Virus genome (UHGV): UHGV-0205140
DNA length: 41,602 nucleotides
DNA from: a virus
Direction: 5' to 3' (one strand)
Within the stretch, counting starts at the first letter, position 1, and the number at the start of each line of letters is the position of its first letter. The notes beneath the pieces are model-generated. The model was not told the origin of the DNA, did not search any database, and worked only from the letters and a program-made list of their open reading frames with translations. The position numbers were made by a program, and so were the translations under genes. Shown one piece after another: positions 34,963-41,602 of this stretch.

Positions 34963-35484
34963 ATGCATGATTTAACAAGAACCACCATTACATCAATGGA
35001 AGCAGCTGAGTGGTGTGGAAAAGAACATTCTAAGTTACTTCGGGATATTCGCAATTACATATCTCAGTTAGGAGAAGCCAAAATTGGATTCTCCGATTTT
35101 TTCAAGGAATCTACATATGTTACAGAGCAAAACAAGGCGCTCCCCTGTTTTCTTGTCACAAAGAAAGGCTGTGAGTTCATCGCCCACAAGATGACTGGAC
35201 AGAAGGGAACGGAATTTACTGCAAGGTACATCAACCGATTCCACGAAATGGAGAATCCGAAAAAACAGATTCCTCCAACGGAGCATCCGGGAGAGGTGGA
35301 GAATCTGCTCAAAGTTCTTTCAAACCGTATGGATAAGCAGGGTATTGCTCCATATAAATCCGCTGAAATGGTAAAGATGGTTTGCGAACAGTATGGAATC
35401 CAGCTTCCAGCTGATTTTGTGAAGATTCCAAAATATGAGCAGATGAGCATAGTGAAGTTTTTGGAAGGCTCTGGCAAAGCTTAA
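34963..35484 (+). CDS. phage regulatory protein Rha-like (antirepressor family)
   Basis: N-terminal ITSMEAAEWCGKEHSKLLRDI is typical of Rha. The leader and RBS are near-identical to those of the Bro-N gene. Confidence 0.55.
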   Translation: MHDLTRTTITSMEAAEWCGKEHSKLLRDIRNYISQLGEAKIGFSDFFKESTYVTEQNKALPCFLVTKKGCEFIAHKMTGQKGTEFTARYINRFHEMENPKKQIPPTEHPGEVENLLKVLSNRMDKQGIAPYKSAEMVKMVCEQYGIQLPADFVKIPKYEQMSIVKFLEGSGKA

Positions 35485-35501
35485 GAAGGGAGGCAGACCA
35501 C

Positions 35502-35741
35502 ATGACAGCAAGAGAGTACATGACCTACAGCAGGCAGAGAAGCGAGAACATTAAGGCCATCATCGCAGAACATAAACAGCGTAAGGGCATGACCGATGCG
35601 ATGATTGCCAAGGCGGCAGGCATCAAACCAGGAACCTTCGTCCAGCGTAAGCGGAATCCCGGAACGTTCCGGCTGAATGATCTCTGGGCAATTTGCAACG
35701 TGTTGGATGTGCCACAGGAACAGCGAAATACATTTTTATAG
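35502..35741 (+). CDS. small HTH DNA-binding protein
   Basis: GAAGGGAGG RBS. MTDAMIAKAAGIKPGTF HTH-like segment. Confidence 0.45.
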   Translation: MTAREYMTYSRQRSENIKAIIAEHKQRKGMTDAMIAKAAGIKPGTFVQRKRNPGTFRLNDLWAICNVLDVPQEQRNTFL

Positions 35742-35750
35742 GAGGTAACA

Positions 35751-35978
35751 ATGCAAGCAGAAGTAATCAAACATAACCCCCAGCCAGAGGCCCCCGTCAC
35801 CATCACCCCGGAGGAATATGACGACATCCTGGCACTGGGCAGCCTGGTAGGGGATGAGCTTCAGAGATACCGCCAGGACAACCGCTGGGCGTGGAACCTG
35901 GCCGCGGCGATGGCGTTTCTGCTGGGAGCGGAATCAGTGGTGCTGTTTCTGGTGGCATATGGCGTGATCGCGCTGTGA
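35751..35978 (+). CDS. hypothetical protein with a C-terminal TM segment
   Basis: GGAGGTAACA RBS. Confidence 0.4.
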   Translation: MQAEVIKHNPQPEAPVTITPEEYDDILALGSLVGDELQRYRQDNRWAWNLAAAMAFLLGAESVVLFLVAYGVIAL

Positions 35979-35994
35979 AGGGAGGTGAGGAAGG

Positions 35995-36318
35995 ATGAAT
36001 CAGAGATTGAAGCGTAAGGCGGAGAAACGCAGGAGACAGCAGATCTGCGAGGCCCTGGATCTGTGCTTGCAGATCAACGGGCTGCAGGAAAGTAAGCGGG
36101 AGCTTACAGGGGATCACCCTACAGCGTTCTTTCTTTTTAACGGTCATGTCGCAGGGGTGACGGTGGAAACTTATGCGACTGGCTGGGAGCCTGGTATGGA
36201 TGTAGGTAAGTACCTTGATGCATATCTGGACAGCCCAGGCCAGATGGACAAGCTGTTCAAGGATCTTAAGCAACTGAAAAAGGACCTGCACAGCGGCAAC
36301 TGTGACGGGTCCAGATAA
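35995..36318 (+). CDS. hypothetical protein
   Basis: GGGAGGTGAGGAAGG RBS. Confidence 0.45.
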   Translation: MNQRLKRKAEKRRRQQICEALDLCLQINGLQESKRELTGDHPTAFFLFNGHVAGVTVETYATGWEPGMDVGKYLDAYLDSPGQMDKLFKDLKQLKKDLHSGNCDGSR

Positions 36319-36364
36319 CAAATAGTACACCCTTATTATAAGGGAGAATGAGCGAGGAAACAAG

Positions 36365-36562
36365 ATGGCAAATCGAAAAAATGATGTATTTTGCGCTGAA
36401 AATCAGTATGAGGAGGCCCTGATGCTTATGGGCCGGGTCAATGCGCTGGCAGGGATTATCCAGGCAAGCAAGTATTCCGTCGACCGTGAAGTGGTTGCGG
36501 CGGCGCTGGGCTTTGAACTGGCTGAGAATAAAGACAACGAACAGGGAGGAAAAGCAGAATGA
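36365..36562 (+). CDS. hypothetical protein
   Basis: GAGCGAGGAAACAAG RBS. Confidence 0.4.
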   Translation: MANRKNDVFCAENQYEEALMLMGRVNALAGIIQASKYSVDREVVAAALGFELAENKDNEQGGKAE

Positions 36563-36759
36563 AAGTAAAGGCAAAAGAACTGATCTCAGGGCAGACGATC
36601 CGGGTGGAGTATGGTGATTACGGGAACTGGGTTAAGTTCCAGGTAGATGCGGTAAAACCGGATGGAAGATATATCAATGTGGACTGCCACGCAGGCAGCA
36701 TATATACAACCCTGGCGTTGGAGCCGGAAGAGATTGTGGAGGTAGTGGAAAATGCCTAA
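36559..36759 (+). CDS. hypothetical protein
   Basis: GGAGGAAAAGCAGA RBS. Overlapping start and stop with the upstream gene. Confidence 0.4.
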   Translation: MKVKAKELISGQTIRVEYGDYGNWVKFQVDAVKPDGRYINVDCHAGSIYTTLALEPEEIVEVVENA

Positions 36760-36967
36760 CGTGATTATGGTCAGGAAGCCCAAGGGCGTGAAAATCAATC
36801 GGGATGTACACGGGGATGCAGTGATAAAGATCAACTCAGAAGCGGCGGATACCCTGGAGCGGCTCCTCCGTGAAGCGCGGGGAAGCCTGTCAGTAAAGGA
36901 ACTGGCATCCAGCATGATTAAATATGCGTCCAATGACACGATTATTAAGATTGAGGAGGAAGAATAA
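36752..36967 (+). CDS. hypothetical protein
   Basis: Coupled to the upstream gene. Confidence 0.35.
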   Translation: MPNVIMVRKPKGVKINRDVHGDAVIKINSEAADTLERLLREARGSLSVKELASSMIKYASNDTIIKIEEEE

Positions 36968-37609
36968 ATGGCAAAAGTAATCTGTATAGCTGGAGAATCC
37001 GGATCCGGAAAGACAACATCCATGAGAAACCTGGATCCACAGAGTACATACTATATAGACGCAGATAAAAAGGGTCTGTCATGGAAAGGGTGGAGGAATC
37101 AATACTGCGAAAAGAATAAAAATTACCTGAAGTGTGATGATGCCAATATTGTCAGGACGTATATTAAAAAGCTTGCAGCGGACTGCCCGCGTATCAGGAC
37201 GATTGTTGTGGATACCATAAATGGGCTTATGGTTGCCGATGAAATGCGGCGAAGCAAAGAAAAAGGGTATGACAAATGGGTGGATTTGGCAACCTGCGTA
37301 TGGGATCTGATTGTGGAATGCTATGATTACCGGGATGACCTGACAATCGTATTTACAGCCCATACCCAGACGGAGACAGATGATGCCGGGTACCGGTTTA
37401 CCCGTATCCAGACATCCGGAAAAAAACTGAATAAGATTGTCCTGGAAAGCAAGTTTACAACCGTACTTCTGTCAAAGTGTGTGGATGGGAAGTATCTGTT
37501 TGAAACGAGGGCCAATAACAGCACGGCGAAATCCCCTATGGGTGCATTTGAGGATTTCGAGATCGAAAATGATATTGTAAAAGTGATTCAGGCTCTGGAG
37601 GAATTTTAA
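36968..37609 (+). CDS. Sak4-like RecA-fold ATPase (AAA_24 family)
   Basis: Walker A GESGSGKTT at the N-terminus. About 210 aa. GAGGAGGAAGAA RBS. Confidence 0.6.
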   Translation: MAKVICIAGESGSGKTTSMRNLDPQSTYYIDADKKGLSWKGWRNQYCEKNKNYLKCDDANIVRTYIKKLAADCPRIRTIVVDTINGLMVADEMRRSKEKGYDKWVDLATCVWDLIVECYDYRDDLTIVFTAHTQTETDDAGYRFTRIQTSGKKLNKIVLESKFTTVLLSKCVDGKYLFETRANNSTAKSPMGAFEDFEIENDIVKVIQALEEF

Positions 37610-37611
37610 CC

Positions 37612-37788
37612 ATGGCCGGCAGCAGGACGAAAAAGAAATGCTATCTTGTTATGCGCGGCAGGGAACCTGAAGCAAAGACATGGGCCGTGTCAGAGGAGAA
37701 GGCGATCAATAATGTAAGGTATAACCGCTATATCAGCCAGGGGATCTATGAATATGCCATGGATGATTTTGATGCGATAGAAATGTGA
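37612..37788 (+). CDS. small hypothetical protein, 58 aa
   Basis: GGAGGAATTTTAACC RBS. Fills the gap between the ATPase and the DUF669 gene. Confidence 0.3.
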   Translation: MAGSRTKKKCYLVMRGREPEAKTWAVSEEKAINNVRYNRYISQGIYEYAMDDFDAIEM

Positions 37789-37799
37789 GGAGATGCGAT

Positions 37800-38402
37800 A
37801 TGAAAAGATTAAATGGATACGAAAAGGCACAGGCATATACAGAGAGCGAACGTCTGCCAGCTGGGGGATATGTTCTCCGCATACTGGACGTGAAGTACCA
37901 GTCCAATGACTGGGGGGATGTAATTGTCCTTTATTTTGACATAGATGAAGGGGAGCAGAAGGGATTCTTTGAAAGAAATTATAAGAACCAGACAGGGGAA
38001 GATAAGAAATGGAAAGGTACATACCGGCTCCGGGTGCCGAAGGATGATGGAAGTGAGGAGGACGAGCCCAGACAGCGGAGATTCAAGACAACAGTGATGC
38101 ATTTTGAAGCGTCCAACCAGGGATACCATTGGAACTGGGACGAACAGACCCTGAAAGGGAAACGGATCGGCGCCCTGTTTAACAACAAGGAATATGATTT
38201 TGAAGGACGCCATGGATTCTTTACAAACTGCCATTCTTTAGTGACTGCAGAGAAGATCCGTTCGGGCAAGTTTGAGATACCGGCGGATACCCTGCTGAAG
38301 AAGAACAGCGGACAGCCCTCCGGATCGTGTGCGTCTTCCGTGGGAGATGGGTTTATGAATATACCGGACGGGGTGGATGATGAAGCCCTTCCGTTCAATT
38401 AA
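37800..38402 (+). CDS. DUF669-family protein (phage ssDNA-binding/annealing partner of Sak4)
   Basis: About 200 aa with an acidic C-terminal tail. Directly follows the Sak4-like ATPase. GAGGAG RBS. Start at an internal ATG. Confidence 0.45.
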   Translation: MKRLNGYEKAQAYTESERLPAGGYVLRILDVKYQSNDWGDVIVLYFDIDEGEQKGFFERNYKNQTGEDKKWKGTYRLRVPKDDGSEEDEPRQRRFKTTVMHFEASNQGYHWNWDEQTLKGKRIGALFNNKEYDFEGRHGFFTNCHSLVTAEKIRSGKFEIPADTLLKKNSGQPSGSCASSVGDGFMNIPDGVDDEALPFN

Positions 38403-38413
38403 GGGGTCCCTGT

Positions 38414-38935
38414 ATGCCGTATACAAATTTTGAGATCGACCAATGCCTGGAATCGATGGTTCTGCTGGTAGATACACGGGAGCAGCCTACAAAACGCCTG
38501 AAGGAACGCCTGGAAACTGTAGGATTGCCTTATGAGAGAACAAAGCTGGATGTAGGGGATTATTCCTGCAAATGCACACTTCCTGCCGGAGAAATTCTTG
38601 ACTTTTCCGGCAGGGCGGTCATTGAACGCAAGATGAATCTGGATGAACTGTGTATGTGTTTTGGAAGAGAACGGAAACGGTTTGAGAGGGAATTTGAGCG
38701 TGCCAGAGAAGCTGGAATAAGGGTATACCTGCTTGTGGAAGGAGAGAACTGGGAGAAAGCCTACAATGGCAAGTACCGCAGCCTCCTTAAGCCGCAGGCC
38801 CTAATTGCAAGCATTGATGCGTTCCGGGCACGGTATGGGATGCAGCTGGATTTCTGCAAGCCGGAAACATCCGGAAGGCTGATCCGTGACATTCTGTATC
38901 GTGAGCTTAAAGAATATCTGCAGGGATGTGAGTGA
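38414..38935 (+). CDS. ERCC4-type (Hef/Mus81-like) nuclease-domain protein, putative resolvase
   Basis: LLVDTREQ ... VGDY ... ERK..LDEL matches the ERCC4 nuclease motifs (D.RE, GDY, ERK). Confidence 0.55.
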   Translation: MPYTNFEIDQCLESMVLLVDTREQPTKRLKERLETVGLPYERTKLDVGDYSCKCTLPAGEILDFSGRAVIERKMNLDELCMCFGRERKRFEREFERAREAGIRVYLLVEGENWEKAYNGKYRSLLKPQALIASIDAFRARYGMQLDFCKPETSGRLIRDILYRELKEYLQGCE

Positions 38936-38936
38936 T

Positions 38937-39470
38937 TTGACAGCAGATGAGATTAAGAATACATACAGTATGCGCGATATCGTGGAGCGTTATGGGTTCC
39001 ATCCGAACCGGGCCGGCTTTATCAGCTGCCCATTCCACCAGGGGGACAGAACCCCGTCCTTGAAGGTGTATGAAAAAGACTACCACTGCCATGCCTGCGG
39101 GGCAAACGGGGATATTTTTACGTTTGTTCAGGAAATAGAGGGCGTTTCATTCAAAGAAGCATTCCTGAGCCTGGGAGGAACATACCGGCCCTGCAGCCGG
39201 ATTGCATCCCAGAGGCGGAGGGAACAGATAAAAAGGGAACGGGAAGAGCAGCGTGAGGCGGAGCGGGAAAAAACCGCCTGGAAATGGAGCCGTCTGGGCG
39301 AAGTCTGCCGGACCCTCCGGATGCTGGACAGGCTGATCCCTGGCATGGAGCCGTATTCGGAGGTCTGGGAGGCAGCAGTCAGCTTGAGGGAGAGGAACCG
39401 CTATTATTACGAGATACTGGCATTTGGAACGAAACAGGAACAGGAGGAAATGAGAAACAGGGATGGATGA
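38937..39470 (+). CDS. CHC2 zinc-finger (primase zinc-binding domain) protein
   Basis: CPFHQGDRTPSLKVY...HCHACGANGD is a canonical zf-CHC2 motif. The start is TTG 38937 or ATG 38973. Confidence 0.55.
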   Translation: MTADEIKNTYSMRDIVERYGFHPNRAGFISCPFHQGDRTPSLKVYEKDYHCHACGANGDIFTFVQEIEGVSFKEAFLSLGGTYRPCSRIASQRRREQIKREREEQREAEREKTAWKWSRLGEVCRTLRMLDRLIPGMEPYSEVWEAAVSLRERNRYYYEILAFGTKQEQEEMRNRDG

Positions 39471-41304
39471 GATCAGGAAGGAGTACAGCAGGGAAGAATT
39501 TAATACAGAAGAGCCATACCGTCTCCTGTTTGAACATAAGGACAATGGGTTTGCATACCTGCAGCTTTATAATGACCTGAATGCAAACGCAGAACGTGTC
39601 GGGTTCAGGCGTTTCGGGACCATGGTAAAGGCATATATGAAACAGCACGAAGAACGCAGGAGCGGGCTGAGCAGCGTGGTAAATAACCTGACGGATTTTA
39701 AGGACCAGCCCATTGAACTGCTGACCGGAGACTGGATTGCCAATGATGACGGGATCCTCCGGAGGAACGGCGAACAGGGGATGGATGTTGCCTGTGTGCA
39801 CCCGATCCTGCCCGTGCAGCGCCTGGTAAATATTGATGACGGGACCGTGCGGCTGCGGATTATGTTTCGGAGGGATTTCCGCGGCTGGCGGGAGGTGATT
39901 GCCAATAAAAGCACCCTTTTCAGTTCCAGGGAGATCAAGAAACTGGCAGATAAGGACATTTCGGTTTCGGACAAGAATGCAGCCTTCCTGGTGGAATACC
40001 TTCAGGACTTGGAGGATCTGAACCATAACACCATCCCGGAGGCCCAGTCCGTGAGCCATCTGGGATGGACATCCAACGGGCTGTTCAGTCCGTATATGGA
40101 AAACCTGGAGTTTGACGGCCTGGAGAACTTTCGGAAAGTGTTTGAATCGGTGCACCCTTATGGAGATTATGAGAAATGGCTCGGCATGGCAAGAAAAGTC
40201 AGGCAGGCAGGATCGGCGGCGAGGATCGCTCTGGCAGCAGCCTTTGCATCTATCGTCATTAAAGCCATTGGAAAGCTGAATTTCCTCCTGCATTTGTGGG
40301 GCGGATCTGGAACAGGAAAGACAGTGGCACAGCTTCTGGCAGTTTCTGTATGGGCTGACCCAAATGACGGGGCCGGGTATCTCCAGACATTTAACGGCAC
40401 CCTTGTAGGCCTGGAGCAGCTGGCCGGTTTTGTGAACAACCTGCCCCTGATACTGGATGAATTCCAGCTTGTGAAAGATAAAAAATCCTTTGAACAAACC
40501 GTATATATGCTGTGTGAAGGAATTGGGAAGACAAGAGGGGCAAAAGCCGGAGGCTTACAGAAGACCCCTACATGGAAGAACTGCACTATTACATCAGGAG
40601 AATCCCCCATTACCCATGCTGCATCCGGTGCGGGTGCGGTAAACCGTATCATAGAAATTGAGTGCAGGGAGATGCTGTTTGAGGATGCAGTTGAGGTATT
40701 GGATGTGATCCGGTCTAACTATGGGTATGCCGGGAAACTGTTCATGGCATTTATATCCACCGATCAGGCAAAAGAAAAGGCGGCCGGCCTCTATAAGCAG
40801 TTTTACCGTGATATAGGGACATCCAGCACGGAAAAACAGACCATGGCAGCTGCAATCCTGCTGACAGCCGATGCGCTGGCTACGGAATGGATCTTCTGCG
40901 ATGGCAGGGGTTTGACGGTTGGGGATATAGAACCATACCTCCATTCCAGGGAGGCGGTAGATATCGGTGCCCGCGGATATGAATATATCCAGGATTTTTA
41001 TGTCAGCAATGCTGCCAGGTTTGACCCCAGCGCAGATCCCTGCTACGGCTCTGTATCCGGTGATGAGGTGCGTATAATCAAGAGCGTGTTTGAGCGCATC
41101 TGTGAAGAAGGGGGATACAATCCCAGAGCGTTGCTGTCATGGCTGGATCAGGCGGGAAGGCTGTCAAAAGGGAAGGATAACCTGTATAAATCTGCCAAGG
41201 TCAACGGAAAGGCAGCCCGGTGTGCGTGTATCAACATGGCTGAGAAGATTTACCCGCAGGAAGAATTTATCCCTGTGGAGGACGGCGAACTGCCGTTTAA
41301 ATGA
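39463..41304 (+). CDS. primase/helicase-type P-loop NTPase (D5/P4-like replication initiator)
   Basis: 613 aa with Walker A WGGSGTGKT mid-protein. Follows the CHC2 gene and precedes the iteron origin. Confidence 0.55.
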   Translation: MDEIRKEYSREEFNTEEPYRLLFEHKDNGFAYLQLYNDLNANAERVGFRRFGTMVKAYMKQHEERRSGLSSVVNNLTDFKDQPIELLTGDWIANDDGILRRNGEQGMDVACVHPILPVQRLVNIDDGTVRLRIMFRRDFRGWREVIANKSTLFSSREIKKLADKDISVSDKNAAFLVEYLQDLEDLNHNTIPEAQSVSHLGWTSNGLFSPYMENLEFDGLENFRKVFESVHPYGDYEKWLGMARKVRQAGSAARIALAAAFASIVIKAIGKLNFLLHLWGGSGTGKTVAQLLAVSVWADPNDGAGYLQTFNGTLVGLEQLAGFVNNLPLILDEFQLVKDKKSFEQTVYMLCEGIGKTRGAKAGGLQKTPTWKNCTITSGESPITHAASGAGAVNRIIEIECREMLFEDAVEVLDVIRSNYGYAGKLFMAFISTDQAKEKAAGLYKQFYRDIGTSSTEKQTMAAAILLTADALATEWIFCDGRGLTVGDIEPYLHSREAVDIGARGYEYIQDFYVSNAARFDPSADPCYGSVSGDEVRIIKSVFERICEEGGYNPRALLSWLDQAGRLSKGKDNLYKSAKVNGKAARCACINMAEKIYPQEEFIPVEDGELPFK

Positions 41305-41602
41305 AGCCGTTACAGAATCCTGAGGCAGGGTTACAATTTAAAAAGCGTATTTTGTAACCGAAAAATCCAGTGTTTATGCGGGTTTGAGGGGTGCGGTTAC
41401 AAAGTTACAAAAGTTACAGGTTTTTTATAAGCTTATAGGAAGGCATATGTATGTGAAAGAAGTCAGACAATTTAATCATCTATGTGCCTCGCGCGTATAG
41501 GGAAAAAAGTGTTGTAACCTTGTAACTTTGTAACCGGTCATAAAAAAACCAGTATTTATGCGGGTTTGAGGCCTATCATTTGGTTACATGAAGCTGTAAC
41601 GC
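41305..41602. repeat. iteron-rich replication origin
   Basis: More than 10 copies of GTTACA(A) in direct (41394-41419) and inverted (41510-41536) arrays around an AT-rich core. 23-bp direct repeats CCAGTrTTTATGCGGGTTTGAGG at 41367 and 41549. Confidence 0.55.

Noticed and set aside
41305-41602. Possible CRISPR array (short repeated GTTACA units)
   Set aside because: The repeats are 6-7 bp with irregular 1-5 bp spacing and mixed orientation, not 25-40 bp repeats with unique spacers. The region is interpreted as origin iterons.

Overview
The window reads as an essentially complete temperate siphovirus-like phage genome of about 41.6 kb with Firmicutes/Clostridia-style ribosome-binding sites. 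The gene order is circularly permuted, the attP or virion form rather than an integrated prophage. In order: small post-replication genes with zinc-ribbon, DUF551, an IbrA-like PAPS-reductase protein and a Lar-like protein; a late-gene activator; a phage tRNA-Asn; two tandem DnaA boxes; TerS and TerL; portal; a MuF head-morphogenesis protein with a low-GC C-terminal cargo domain carrying a RadC/JAB-like HNHP motif; an insulated fibre-like cassette inside the head module; scaffold; an HK97-fold major capsid protein; connector; tail genes including the tape measure and tail fibres; XkdX-like protein; holin; endolysin (CHAP plus cell-wall-binding repeats); attP with a tRNA 3-prime-end core and arm repeats; tyrosine integrase; an ImmR/ImmA repressor-protease pair; a cro-like gene; antirepressors (Bro-N, Rha); a recombination module (Sak4-like ATPase, DUF669, ERCC4 nuclease); a CHC2 zinc finger plus P-loop primase/helicase; and an iteron-rich origin. 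The accessory signals I rate most interesting: (1) a type-I toxin-antitoxin-like cassette between holin and endolysin, with its own promoter, a 28-aa hydrophobic peptide, a bidirectional terminator and a convergent small-RNA promoter whose product would be complementary to the toxin start region; (2) the MuF-JAB-like fusion; (3) a BppU-N-like coiled-coil fibre gene plus a CBM5/12 partner in the head module, sharing a 16-bp palindrome with the toxin cassette; (4) an inverted, promoterless paralogue of the tail-fibre tip abutting the fibre gene. All functional calls are from motif recognition by eye; no database searches were run.
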